Source of the DNA: Malacoraja senta
Lineage: Eukaryota
Reading direction: 5' to 3'
Assembly: GCA_038087875.1 (NCBI GenBank)
Contig: CM075994.1
Span: 682,001 to 746,000, forward strand
Length of the DNA: 64,000 nucleotides
Both the position numbers and the translations under genes were made by a program. Shown here in pieces: positions 12,481-44,531 of the stretch. The first letter of the stretch is position 1. Each line of letters opens with the position of its first letter. The notes beneath the pieces were generated by a model. That model ran no database searches. It worked only from the letters and a program-made list of their open reading frames with translations, and had not been told where the DNA came from.

Positions 12481-13368
12481 CTGGGCACTTTCTCCCTCGC
12501 TTTGAAATGTGGGAGATCTGGACGCCATTGCTGTCCGGTCGCCACCTCGCCGCGACCGCTGAAAACCAACGCAGAATCACTCCCTGACCCTGGATCTGGA
12601 GTAACTCCCTGGAGTAACTCTTGCTTCTGGTTTCCTGGTCCTCCATAAATATTCTAAATGGAATTTAAACTGGAGGTGGTGAGGCTGAATAATAACAGCA
12701 TATTGTATTTTATCTGTTTATTTATTGTGTATATATATATGGTCTATAGTATATAAACACACTGGACTTTTATCTCCTGTTCTGTATTATGTTTACATAT
12801 TCTGTTGTGCTGCAGCAAGCAAGAATTTCATTGTCCTATCTGGGACACATGACAATAAAACTCTATTGACTCTTGACTTGGACTTAAGCAAAAAAGGGTT
12901 CTAGTGGAAAAAAGAGGTACCTTAAATTTAGTTGCGTCTGGTTGGGTAGCTATGGTAGGGTGAAGACTATTCCATGCTTTAACTGTGCGGGGGAACTCCA
13001 TGGAGCAGCCAGCAACTCTGGATAGAAGAAATTGGGTGACGTTTCGGGTAGAGACCCTTCTTTAGACTCCCTCTGGTTTTAGTGTTTTTAGTTTAATTTA
13101 AAGATACAGTGTGGAAACAGGCCCTTCGGCCCACCGAGTCCACGCCGACCACCGATCACTCATACACTTGTTCTATCCCACAAATTAGCAGAGTAAGTCA
13201 AGAGTCAAGAGTGTTTTATTCTTTCTCGTCCCAGTTAGAACAATGAAATCCTTACTTGCAGCAGCACAACAGAATATGTAAACATAGTACTCTGTAAACA
13301 ATGTTATAAACGAGAAAACAAAACGGTGTATATTTATATATGAATATATAACTATATAAATATATATA

Positions 13369-13415
<47 letters not shown>

Positions 13416-13444
13416 TGCGTGCGTGTGTGCGTGTGTGTGTGTGT
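13369..13444. repeat. (TG)n/(TGCG)n microsatellite
   Basis: Visible directly. Confidence 0.95.
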
Positions 13445-14996
13445 TTGTGTATGTATAATATATATACCCACACACACACACACACAATTTCCCTCCTGGG
13501 ATTAATAAAGTTCTATCGTATAGTATTGTGTGTGTAGGAAGGAACTGCAGATGCTGGTTTAAACTGAAGATAGGCACAAAAAGCTGGAGTAACTCAACAG
13601 GTCAGACAGAATTTCTGGACAAAAGGAAAATATTTTGTTTTGGGTTGGGTCTGAAATAGGTTCTTGCACACCTTTGGAATGTGGAAGGAAACAAAGTCAT
13701 GTGGTCAAAGGGAAAAGGAGCAAACTCTATACAGACAGCACCCATATTCAGGATCAATTCCGGGTCTCTGGCACTTTTAGGCAGCAACTTTATGGCCAAT
13801 GTACTGCCCCATAGTCTTGAACGTAATTAAAACATACAGTAGCTGTAAAGGGGGACAGAGCGTCACTTAGAAATTTAAAAGTGAAAATGGATATTTTCAT
13901 TTTTTTAGTAACCAAAGTTATCGACGTATAATTTTGTGTGTGTTGGAAAACAAAATATAGTGGCTGGTAGACTTGCTGCCTCACACGCCAGAGATCTGTG
14001 GTCGATCCTGTTCTCGGGCACTGTCTGTGTTGAATTTGCACATTCTCCCTGCAAGCATGTGGGTTTCCTCCCACATCCCAAAGACGCATTGGCTTCGTAG
14101 GTTAACTTGTCTCTGTAAAATTGCCCCTAATGTGTAGGGAGTGGGTGAGGAAAGTGGGATAACAGAACTTGTGTGAATGGGTAGACAAAAATGCTGGAGA
14201 AACTCAGCGGGTGAGGCAGCATCTATGGAGCGAAGGAAATAGGCGACGTTTTGGGTCGAGACTCTTCTTCAGACTGATGTGAGGGTGGGGGGGACGGGAA
14301 GAAGAAAGGAAGAGGCAGAGGCAGTGGGCTGAGGGAGAGCTGGGAAGGGGAGGAGAAAGCAGGGATTACATGAAATTGAAGAAGGAGGGAGGAGGCAGGC
14401 AGCTGATTCATGCTTTGTTGTTACGGATGGAATGTGAAGCAGAGAATCTCAGCTGGACGGGGAAAACAAAACTAACTGAGTGGGTGGAGTTCAGCAGAAA
14501 CAGAGAGATGACAGTCACTCAGGCCAAGGGAGGTTCAGTGGGGGGGATGCGGTGGGGGACAAGGAAACCTGTCGTTTGGAAGTTCATAAGGGATAGGGGC
14601 AGAATTAGGATATGCGACCCATTAAGTCTACTCCGCCATTCAATCACAGCTGATCTATCTCTCTCTCCTAGCCCCATTCTTTCAAGGTTCCAGATTTCAA
14701 GGTTAGTTTATTGTCACAAGTACCAATTAAGGTCCAGTGAAATTCGTTTTACTATACAGCCATACTAAAAAAAAAACAAGACACACAGCTATATAAAAGT
14801 TAACATAAACATCCACCACAGCGGATTCCCCACATTCCTCACTGTGATGGAAGGCAATAAAGTCCAAACTTCTACCTCCTTATTCTCCCACTCAGGGCAC
14901 TCGAACCATCCGAAGCTGGCGGTTGAAGCTCCCGTGTCGGGGCGGTCGAAGTTCCTGCGGGTTGGAGATCCCGAAATCGGTCTCAAGCGAGTTCCA

Positions 14997-16325
14997 AGGT
15001 ACCCGGATGTGGCGTCGAAGGAGCGGAAGCTCCTTCACATAAACGAAGATGTGGAAGCCAAATAACCGAATGGAAACAAAGCCGAAAAGCCAAATAACCA
15101 AAATCGTATGAAGCCCAAAAGCCAAATAACCGAAAGCATACGAAGCCCAAAAGCCAACAAACCAACAGGGTGGGATGACTAAAGCCAACTCAACGAAAGG
15201 CCGCAATGCCGAAACGCCAACTCACCCAAAGGCCCCAACGCTTAGAAGGCAACTCACCGAAAGGGCGCAATGCTGAAAGGCCAAATAACAGACATGATGC
15301 CGCCGGGGGGCTGGACTTGTCAGCGATTGGTCCAGACCCCTGCGCTCCTTCAGCCGCTTACACTTGGTGCTCGGGTTCAGAGTGCCCAGTCACCCTCTAG
15401 CCCCGGGTGGTCTTTAAAAAAAAAGAAAATTTAATTTTATTTATTAGAAGTACATTACATTACAACCAATTACACTAGTACTCATCACATATATCTTATT
15501 ACAATTAATGTACTCCGTTTAATTTCTACACTAATAAAGGGAAAGGATAAGATTGAGAGAAAGAAGAAAGTAAAGGAAAAAAGTGAAGGTGTAAAAAACG
15601 TGACAACAAAAAAAACAAAAACAAAAGACAAAGACCCTATAAGAAAGAAATTAAACACAAAAGGAAAGAGTTAAGAAATAGACCCTAAAAAAGAAGAAAA
15701 AGGAGAAAGAGGGAAAAGAGAAAAACAAATATTTTTTTGTAAGCATCACGCAAATGGGACATACCAACTCTCCAGCTTTCATCCCCCCTTACCTGACCTC
15801 AGTTTTTTTTTTTTAAAGTACTTTTGCACCCTATACTTGTAATAATTCTATAAATGCAGACCACGTCAGGTGGAAGTGATCTGGTTTACCTGCCAGGAGG
15901 AGTCTTATCTCTTCTAGGTGTAATGTTTCGAACATATTTGAAATCCACATGTTTATAGTTGGTGCCCCGGGTGTTCTTGTGTGGGGAAAGTGAACCCCAC
16001 CCTCCCATCTCCTCCGGCCAGTGAATTGATGGTGCGGGGGTCTGGACCAATCGCTGACATGTCCCGCTCCCCTGGCGACGTCATGTCCATTATCTGGCAT
16101 TTCGGCTTTGCGACCTTTTGGCGAGTTGGCTTCTAGGCATTGGGGCCTCTTGGTGAGTTGGCGTTTCGGAATTGCGGCTTTCAGTGAGTTGGCCCTCTCG
16201 GTTATTTGGCTTTTCGGCTTCGTACGCTTTCGGTTATTTGGCTTTCCGGCTTTGTTTCCGTTCGGTTATAGGGCTTCTACTTTTTCGCTTCGGCTTCTCG
16301 GTCTTCCACGCCACGTCCGCACACG
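14997..16325. mobile_element. Foldback element with ~350-bp internally repetitive TIRs (Mutator/MULE-like MITE)
   Basis: 15003-15345 is the imperfect reverse complement of 16032-16319 (AAGCCAAATAACCGAAA repeats; GTCAGCGATTGGTCCAGACCCC). An 8-bp duplication GAGTTCCA lies at 14989-14996 and 16326-16333. Confidence 0.75.
15415..15963 (-). mobile_element. L1-like LINE 3' fragment nested in the foldback element
   Basis: Minus strand reads PTINMWISNMFETLHLEEIRLLLAGKPDHFHLTWSAFIELL, resembling fish L1 ORF2 C-termini, followed by a T-rich 3' UTR. A 15-bp duplication GCCCCGGGTG(G/T)TCTT lies at 15400-15414 and 15964-15978. Confidence 0.7.
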
Positions 16326-17465
16326 GAGTTCCACGATGTTAAAGTCTTTAGGCTCTCGTGGTTGGAGCTCTGAGGTCGGTCTCTAGAACGCGAGCTCAAC
16401 GCTGTTAAACTCCGTAGGCTCCCGTGGCTGGAGCTCCAGATGTTGGTCCTCAATAAAGCTCGCCAACTCCTCGATGTTAGACAGCAGTGTGGACGGAGAT
16501 ACGATATGGAAAAAAATTGCATCTCTGTCGAGGTAAAAGATGAAACAAGGTTTCCCCCAACCTGCCCCCCAACATTATATAAACGAAAGAACACTAAGAC
16601 ATACAATTAACACATACTATCAAACTACAAAGAAGGAAGGGGCAGACAGACTGTTGGCGCGGTAGCCATTGCTGGCCCCAACTGGTGGCCCAGCGAGTAC
16701 AGGCCCAGTGCCGATAAACGCTCGTCATATGTAAACCCACTCATTCCGGATTGCCGGTAGGCACGGATTCGGTGGGCCGAAGGGCCTGTTTCCATGCTGT
16801 ATCTCCAACCGTGATAAAAGGCAGATTTGTTCAAGGCCAGAGGGGGAGGGACACAGGGAGGAGGCAGGCTGCCGAGTCATGCTTTGTTGTTACGGATGGA
16901 ATCTGATGCAGAGAATCTCAGCAGGACGGGGAAAACAAAACTAACTGTGTGGGTGTAGTTCAGCAGAGACAGAGAGATGACAGTCACACAGGCCAAGGGA
17001 GGTTCCGTGCTGAGATGGAGGGGGGGGGAGGGGGGGGGACAAGCAAACCTGTCGTATGTAAGTTCATAAGGGATAGGAGCAGAATTAGGCCATTCAATCC
17101 ATCAAGTCTTATCTGCCATTCAATCACAGCTGATCTATCTCTCCCTCCTAGCCCCATTCTCCTGCCTTCTCCCCATAAACTCTCACACCCAGAGTAAACA
17201 AGAATCTATTTATCTCTGCCGTAAAAATATCCACTGACTTGGCCTCCACAGCCTTCTGTGGCAAAGAATTCCACAGATTCTCCACCGTCTGACAGAGGAA
17301 ATTCTTCTTCATCTCCTTCCTAAAGGAATGTCCTTCAATTCTGAGCCTGTGCCCACTGGTCCTAGACTCTCCCACCAGCGGAAACATCCTCTCCACATCC
17401 ACTCTATCCAGGCGTTTCACTATTTGGTGGGTGTCAATGAGGTCCCCCCCCCTCATTCTTCTAAA

Positions 17466-18232
17466 CTCAAATGGCGTCAAGTTGGGAAAAGGTGAAGTAC
17501 AACGGGATCTGGGGGCCCTTGTACATCAGTCTATGACAGTAAGCATGCAGGTACTGCAGGCAGTGAACAAAGCGAATGGCATGTTGGTCTTTATAACAAG
17601 AGGAATCGAATATAGGAGCAAAGAGGTCCTTCTGCAGATGTACAGAGCCTTAGTGAGACCATACCTGGAGTATTGTGTGCAGTTTTGTCCCCTAATTTGT
17701 GGAAGGACTTTCTTGCTATTGAGGGAGTGTAGCATAGGTTTAAAAGGTTAATTCCCGGGATGGCAGGACTGTCATATGCTGAGAGAATGGAGCAGCTGGG
17801 CTTGTACACTCTGGAGTTTAGAAGGATGAGTGGGGATCTCATTGAAACATATAAGATTGTTAAGGGTTTGGTCATGCTAGAGGCAGGAAACATGTTCCCG
17901 ATGTTGGGGGAGTCCAGAACCAGGAGCACAGTTTAAGAATAAGAGGTAAGCCATTTAGAACGGAGACGAGGAAACACTTTTTCTCACAGAGAGTGGTGAG
18001 TCTGTGGAATTCTCTGCCTCAGAGGGCAGTGGAGGCAGGTTCTCTGGATGCTTTCAAGAGAGAGCTAGAGAGGGCTCTTAAAAATAGCGGAGTCAGGGGA
18101 TATGGGGAGAAGGCAGAGTCAGGGGAGATTGGGGTACTGATTCGGGATGATCTGCCATGATCACATTGAATGGCGGTGCTGGCTCGAAGGGCCGAATGGC
18201 CTACTCCTGCACCTATTGTCTATTGTCTATTG
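17466..18232 (+). mobile_element. CR1-like LINE 3' fragment
   Basis: Translates to GEVQRDLG...ANGML.FITRGIEYRSKEVLLQMYRALVRPYLEYC and ends in a (CTATTGT)n tail. It abuts an opposite-strand CR1 piece at about 17060-17465. Confidence 0.85.
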
Positions 18233-20305
18233 TCAAGATTTCAAGGTTCAAGATTTCAAGGTCAGTTTATTGTGACGTACCAATGAAGGTACAGTGAAAT
18301 TCGATTTACAATACAGCCACAGTAAAAAAGCAACAAGACACACAGCTATATATAAGTTAACGTAAACATCCACCACAGTGGATTCCCCACATTCATCACT
18401 GTGATGGAAGGCAATAAATTCCAAACTCCTTCCTCCTTAATCTCCCACTGTCGGGGCACTCGAACCATCCAAAGCTGGTGGTTGAAGCTCCCGTGTTGGT
18501 GTGATCGAAGCTCCCACGTCGGGGCGGTCGAATCTCCTGCGGCTTGGAGCTCCAGAAGTCGGCCTCGAGCCAGGGATCGCAAGCATCACGATGTTAAGTC
18601 CTGGAGCTCCTGAAGTCGGTCCTCAGCAAAGGCTGCCAACTCCTCGATGTTAGGCCGCAGTGCGGACGGAGATACGATACGGAAAAAAATAGCATCTCCG
18701 TCGAGGTAAGAGATTAAACAAGGTTTCCCCTCAACCCCTCCACCCTCCAACATCATGTAAACTAAAGAACACTAAAATATACAATTGACACATACTATCA
18801 AACAACAAAGAAGGAAGGGCAGACAGACTGTTGGCGCGGCAGTCATTGTTGGCGCCACCGTGTGGACCAGCGGGTAAAGGCCCAGTGCCGATAAACACTC
18901 ATCATAGGTAAACCCACTCATCCCGGAATGGCGGTAGGCATGGACTGGGTGGGCTAAAGGGCCTGTTTCCATGCTGTATCTCCAACCGTGATAGAAGGCA
19001 GATCTGTTCAATGCCAGAGGGGGAGGGACAGAGGGAGGAAGGAGGCAGGCTGCTGAGTCATGCTTTGTTGTTACGGATGGAATCTGATGCAGAGAATCTC
19101 AGCAGGACGGGGAAAACAAAACTAACTGTGTGGGTGTAGTTCAGCAGAGACAAAGAGATGACAGTCTCACAGCCCAAGGGAGGTTCCATGCGTAGTTTCG
19201 GTAAGTTTCAATGATGTCCCCCCTCATTCTTCCAAACGCAAGATTTCAAGATTCAAGATTTCAAGGTCAGTTTCTTGTCACATGTACCAAATAAGGTCCA
19301 GTGAAATTCGATTTACCATACAGCTACACTAAAAAAAAACAAGACACACAGCTATATAAAAGTTAACATAAACATCCACCACAGTGGATTCCCCACTTTC
19401 CTCACTGTGATGGAAGGCAATAAAATCCAAACTTCTTCCTCTTTATTCTCCCACTGTCAGGGCACTTGAACCATCCAAAGCTGGTGGTTGAAGCTCCCGC
19501 GTCGGGGCGATCAAAGCTCCCGCATCGGGGCGGTCGAGGCTCCTGCGGCTTGGAGCTCCGGAAGTCGGCCTCGAGCCAGGGAACGCAAGCTCCGAGCTTA
19601 AAGTCTGTTGGCTCCTGTGATTGGAGCTCCGAGGTCGATCCCTGGCTAAGGGATTGCAAGCGTCAAGATGTTAAGACCTGCAGGCTCCCGCAGCTGGAGC
19701 TCCCAAAGTCGGTCCTCAGCAAAGGCCGCCAACTCCTTGATGTTAGGCCGCAGTGCGGATGGAAATTCGATACGAAACACCAACACACAGGCCAAGGGAG
19801 GTTCCGTGCCGAGATGAGGTGGGGGATAAGGAAACCTGTCGTGTGTAAGTTCATAATGGATAGGAGCAGAATTAGGCCATTCGGCCCATCAGGTCTACTC
19901 TGCCATGAATCATGGCTGATCTACCTCCCTCCTGACCCCATTCTCCTCCCTTCTCCACTTAACTCCTGACACCTGCACTAATTAAGAATCTATCTATCTC
20001 CGCCTTAAAAGTATCCACTTACTTGTTCTCCACAGCCGTCTGTGGCAAAGAATTCCACAGATTCACCACCCTCTGACCAAATAAATGTTGATCCTGTGCC
20101 CTCTGGTCCTGGACTCTTCCACCAGTGGAAACATCCTCTCCACGTCCACTCTATCCAGGCCTTTCACTATTCGGTAAGTTTCAATGTGGTCCACCCCTTA
20201 TTCTTCTAAACTCCAGGTTGGTTTTGAAGGCATAAAACGAAACTAGACGTCACTGGTTCACCTCTAGGCACTTGACTGAGATCCAATTTCAGGGTGTGGA
20301 AATAA

Positions 20306-20312
20306 TATAAAA
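20306..20312 (+). promoter_or_regulatory. TATA box of the secreted-protein gene
   Basis: TATAAAA in unique sequence about 115 bp upstream of the ATG at 20422. Confidence 0.65.
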
Positions 20313-20421
20313 AGCCCCAGCCATAGTACGGAAACTGCAGAAGACTTGGCTACAAGAAGACGGTGGCTAAGCCCATAAGCACTGAAGAGACCTGAAATTG
20401 AACGATCGCATCTTTCTCATC

Positions 20422-38718
<18,297 letters not shown>

Positions 38719-40189
38719 TCTTTAAGGTAACGTATACCTGGTCCAGAATCATGTCATAACAAGCATTTTGTACTAAATTTACATTTTAGCTGGAAAAGGT
38801 TTACAGAGAAGATTTACGAGGATGCTGCCAAGACTCGACGGCCTAAGCTATAGGGGGAGGTTGGGCAGGCAAGGACTTTACTCCTTGGAACGCAGCAGGA
38901 TGAGGGATGATCTTATAGATGTGTACAAAATCATGAAAGCAATATATCTTGTAAACGCACAGTCTCCTGCCCAGAGTAGGGGAATCGAGAACCAGGGGAC
39001 ATAGGTTAAGATGAGGGGGGAAGGATTTAATATGAATCTGAAGGGTAATTTCTTCACGCAAAGGGTGGTGGGTGTGTGGAATGTGCTGCCAGAGGAGGTA
39101 TTAGAGTCAAGTACTATTGCAACGTTTAAGAAGCATTTAAGAAGCAGTTTCTTCCCAGCTGTTATCAGGCAACTGAACCATCCTACCACACCAGAGAGCA
39201 GTCCTGAACTACTATCTAACTCTCTGATGACCCTCAGACTATCCTTGATTGGACTTTGCTGGCTGTACCTTGCACAAAACTTTATTCCCTTATCATGTAT
39301 CTGTATACTGTAAATAGATCAATTGTAATATCTTTCTGCTGACTGGTTAGCACGCAACAAAGACTTTTCACTGTACCTCGGTACACGTGACAATAAACTA
39401 AACTAAAACTAAACTAAGCTAAACTAAACCAGACACGTACAAGGATAGGGCGTAGGTTTAAAGTGAGAGGGACTGTAAGCGATTTAAGGCAGCAACTCTA
39501 CCACTGCGCCACCGTGCCGTCCCAAGCACAACAGGTGTTGCATCTCCTGCGGTTGCAGGGGAAGGTACCTGGGGAGGAGGTGGTTTGGATGGGAAGGAAT
39601 GACTTAACCAGGGAGGTGCATATACATCAGGGTGTATCATGGTAATAATATATATTTTAATTATCTTTGAACAGGCTGCTTGCAGGTCCATTCTCAAAGC
39701 TGTAACTCCTTCCTCTTCAGCACGAGGCTGCTTTGTGATCATCCAATTCCCGCAGAAAACAACCTCTTGATAAAACAGCATCGCATCGTTCCACCTGCCT
39801 GAAATTCGCTTCTTTGCAAATCCATCTACGGCCCACAGAAATTCACTTGTTTCGAAATTAGTTCAGTTTAGTTAAGCGATACAGCTCGGAAACAGCCCTT
39901 CGGCCCATCGAGTCCACACCGACCAGCGATCTCCGCACATTAACACAATCCTACACACACTTGGGATAATTTATAATTTACAGAAGCAAATCAACCTACA
40001 AACCTGTACGTCTTTGGAGTGTGGGAAGAAACCGGAGCACTCGGACAAAACCCAAGCAGGTCACGGGGAGTACGGACAATCTCCGTACAGACAGCACCCG
40101 TAGTCGGGATCGAACTCGGGTCTCTGGCGCTGTGATGCAGCAACTCTACCGCTGTGCCACTGTGCCGCCCGTTAAATATGAGCAATGAA

Positions 40190-40925
40190 TGTGAGGGGTG
40201 GGGAAGGGGACGGGGAAGGGGATTGGGGGGAGGTGGGGGGGGGGGGTTGGGTTGGGGGCAGGGGATGGAGGGGTGTGGGTGGGGGCAGAGGGTGGAGGGG
40301 TGGGTGTAGAGTCAATGTCTACATTTAGCCTTCCCTCACCACACCGTTCTGTGCTGCCCCCTCTCCCTCTCTGTATAGTTGGGACGGGGAGGAGGTAGAA
40401 CGACCTAACTGTAACTCCATCACCCACACCCTCCCTTTCCCTCCCTCCAACTCACTCCACATCCCTCCACCACTCTCTCACCCCTCCCCCAAACTCCCAC
40501 CACTCTCCCCTCCTCCCCCTACCTCTCCTCCACTTAATTCCATCTCCCTCCCTTTACCTCCCCAGATCGCTCAGATCCCTCTACCCATCCCTCCCCCTCC
40601 CAACGCTCCTCCTCCCCTCCTTCCACCACCTGCCCTCCCTCTAACTTCATTCCTCCCCATTAACCGTCTAACACCCACTCTCCCTCTAAATTCCATGTCC
40701 CTCCTTTTCCCTCCACCCCTCCTTCTACCTCTCCCCCCCTCCCCTCACACCCCCCCAACATCCTCCCGGACCCTCTCTCCCCCGCCCCTCCCATCCTCCT
40801 CACCCTCTACCTCTCCCTTCCCCTTCCTCGAACGCTCCACATCCCTCCCTCCCTTTTCTAGCACACCCAACCACCTCCCTCCCTCCCCCTCCCCTCGTCC
40901 AGCACACTCAACCCCCTCCTGACGC
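40190..40925. repeat. Low-complexity G-rich tract followed by a long C/T-rich tract
   Basis: G-runs at 40190-40305 and C-runs at about 40420-40925. Confidence 0.9.
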
Positions 40926-41653
40926 TCCAGCCCCCCGCAGTGCCGCCATCCCTCCAGTTTAACCCCGTGGCTCGACTTTAATGCGTGGAAATTGCCGATT
41001 CCTCTAATAACAATTTGTTAAATTCGATGTTTCTGCATCTTGTTTCCTGACACGTTTGTGTTTGTAAACTCTTTATTTTTTTCACTCACCCTGTTTGACA
41101 AAACCCGCTGCCTTCCAATCAGAAATGACAATAAAATTTGATTTTCCACGACGGTGCTTTCATTCGATTCCAAATTGTGAAAGACAAATTTAGTTTAGTT
41201 TAGTGATACAGCATGGAAATAGGCCCTTCGGCCCAGCGTGTCCGCGCCCGACCAGCGATCACCTGATGGGCAACCTTTCCACACAGAGGGTGGCGGGTAT
41301 ATGGAATGAGCTGTCAGAGGAGATTTTTGAGGCATGTACTATAACAGCATTTAAAAGACAGTTGGACAGGTATGTGGATTGGAGTAGGGGATATCGTTCA
41401 AATGGGACTAGTGCAGAGGGACATGGGATAGATGGGCCAAAAAAAGTTTCTTTGTAGTCGGACTCTATGTCTCTTTCAAAATATGGCGTGAGAAATCTCA
41501 GGAAATACTGCAAGAGAGAGAGTGTTTTTCTTGTCATATGTCCCAGGCAGAATAATGAAATTCTTACTTGCAGCAGCACAACAGAATATATAAACATACT
41601 CTAGTATTCGGTACACAATATAATGAATGAGAAAAAAAGTTCAATGTGTGTGA

Positions 41654-41839
<186 letters not shown>

Positions 41840-42471
41840 TTCTGTAAAAATGTCATCGCTTTTTGGCGAAGATACAAAAACGCACACGCATATATTATAC
41901 ATATATTTATATTTAACTTTTATATATATATAAGTATATATATTTATAGATGCATATACATACATACATCTATACCATATCATATATCATATACTTATTA
42001 AAAGTCTGATCTTGTAAGTGTATATGTGTGTGTTTATGTGGCTGTCTTTACATCTTCGCAAAAACACTATGCGGTAACGATAACATTTTTACATATTCTG
42101 ATTGACATATTTCCCGTCGAGGCCAGAAACACATTATCTGAACATTTTATGCTTTAGTTCTCGACTTAATCTCGACTCATTACTGATGAAAAGTCTAAAA
42201 AAGACAAAAGACTTTGAAATGAAAACCACCAGCTTTAACTGAAGACGTCACAATGGCTCTGCTCGCAGTGATAAGCCTCAGTGAATATTTCATCCTATAT
42301 TTGACATGTTATATGCGATTAAAGCTTTAAAAATGCCAAATTTCACTGGATTTTTACATATTCTGATTCACATTTTCCCCTCTATGCACAGACCACTTTC
42401 ACTCAACATTTTATGCTTTATTTCTCGACTTTTAATGATTAAAGTAAAAAAAGAAAATCTAAATTATACGT

Positions 42472-43130
42472 TGAAGTACAGCAGGCAGTGAAGAAAGCGA
42501 ATGGCATGTTGGCCTTCCTAACAAGAGGAGTCGAGTATAGGAGCAAAGAGGTCCTTCTGCAGTTGTACAGGGCACTAGTGAGACCACACCTGGAGTATTG
42601 TGAGCGGTTTTGGTCCCCTAATTTGAGGAAGGACATTCTTGCTATTGAGGGAGTGCAGCGTAGGTTTACATGGTTAATTCCCGGGATGGCGGGACTGTCA
42701 TATGCTGAGAGAATGGTGCGGCTGGGCTTGTATACTCTGGAATTTAGGATGAGAGGGGATCTTATTGAAACATATAAGATTATTAAGGGTTTGGACATGC
42801 TAGAGGCAGGACACATGTCCTCGATGTTGGGGGAGTCCAGAACCAGGGGCCACAGTTTAAGAATGAGGGGTAAGCCATTTAGAACGGAGATGAGAAAACA
42901 CCTTTTCACACAGAGAGTTGTGATTCTGTGGAATTCTCTGCCTCAGAGGGCGGTGGAGGCTGGTTCTCTGGATACTGTCAAGAGGGAGCTAGACCGGGCT
43001 CTTAAACATAGCGGAGTCAGGGGATATGGTGAGAAGGCAGGAACGGGGTACTGATTGTGGATGATCAGCCATGATCACATTGAATGGCGGTGCTAGCTCG
43101 AAGGGCCGAATGGCCCACTCCTGCGTCTAT
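42472..43130 (+). mobile_element. CR1-like 3' fragment at the start of duplication unit 1
   Basis: ORF 42488-43054. Its paralogue lies at 54274-54870 with the same 3' flank. Confidence 0.9.
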
Positions 43131-43279
43131 TCTCCATAGATTCCATTCCGTGCCCCGTTGTGAAACAGTGAATTTAGTGACTGCAGTTTATGTTATTTAC
43201 ACCGTGCAGACGAGATTTCTCCCCGCTTCGAATGGACCTAATGAGAAGTTTGTGATCAACCAGATTAAAGGACAAATGG

Positions 43280-43750
43280 ATCAATGGTTCAATGGTTCAA
43301 TGATTCAATGATTCAATGGTCCAATGGCTCAATGGTCCAATCGTTCAATGGCTCAATCGTTCAATGGCTCAATGGCTCAATCATTCAATGGTTCAATGGT
43401 TCCAATGGTTCAATGATTCAGTGATTCAAAGGTTCTATTCAAAGGCTCAATAGTTCTATAGTTCAATGGCTCAATAGCTCACTGATTTAACGATTCAACG
43501 ATTCAATGGCTCAATGGCTCAATCGTTCAATGGCTCAACGGTTCAATGGCTCATGGTCTGAGTGCAGGTAGATGGGACTAGGTGAGAGTAAGTGTTCGGC
43601 ACGGACTAGAAGGGCCGAGATGGCCTGTTTCCGTGCTGTAATTGTCATTATGGTTATATGGTTCAATGGCTCACTGGTTCAACGATTCAATGGTTCAATA
43701 GCTAAATGGTTGAATGATTCAATGGTTCAATGATTCAATGCTTCAATGAT
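43280..43750. repeat. 8-bp satellite (TCAATGGT/TCAATGAT/TCAATGGC)n, unit 1
   Basis: Visible directly. Contains a CR1 tail piece at about 43553-43640. Confidence 0.9.
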
Positions 43751-44531
43751 GATCCAATTCATGTTTTATTTTAATCTGGAACAATAAAAGAGTCTATCTG
43801 TCACCCTAGTAGAAGCACACAGTAGGGATAATTCCGTTTTGTTTGTTGTCACGTGTACGGGGGTACAGTTAAAACGTTTTGTTGCGTGCTAACCAGTCAG
43901 CGGAAAGACAATACATGATTACAATCGAGCCGTCCACATTGTACAGATACACGATAAGGGAATAACGTTTCGTGCAAGGTTAATCCTGCAAATTCCGGTA
44001 AAAAATAGTCCGACGGTTACCAATGAGGTAGATAGTAGTTTAGCACTGCTCACTGGTTGTGGTAGGATGCTTCAGTTTCTTGATAACAGTTGGGAAGAAA
44101 CTATCCCTGAAACTTGAGGTGTGTGTATTCATATTTCTATACATTTTGCACGATGGGAGAGGGGAGAAAAGGGGAGAGAGGAGAACTCCCTATAATCTAA
44201 TGGGCAATTTGGAGAGTCCAATTAACCTGCAAAATTTTAAGGTGTGGAAGGAAATGCAGCACCGAGAGGAAACCCACGCGGCAACATAGAGATTAGATGA
44301 TCTTTCCATCGTGTTTGGCACGGTCATTGTGGCACGGACATTGTGTTCCAGTGCTAAGTTCCAAGTTCTAAGTGCAGGACATAGGGTTAATTATCACAAC
44401 GTTTAAGAAACATTTATACACGTACATGGATCGGACAGGTTTGGAGGGATATGGACCAAATGCAGGCAGGTGGGACTAGTGTAGACGGAGCATGGTGGCC
44501 ATTGTGAGCAAGTTTGGCTGAAGGGTACCCC

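Noticed and set aside
41990..42470. AT-rich segment with a ~265-bp internal duplication, possibly a Helitron-like 5' part
   Set aside because: No diagnostic terminus was found, so it could not be classified from sequence alone.
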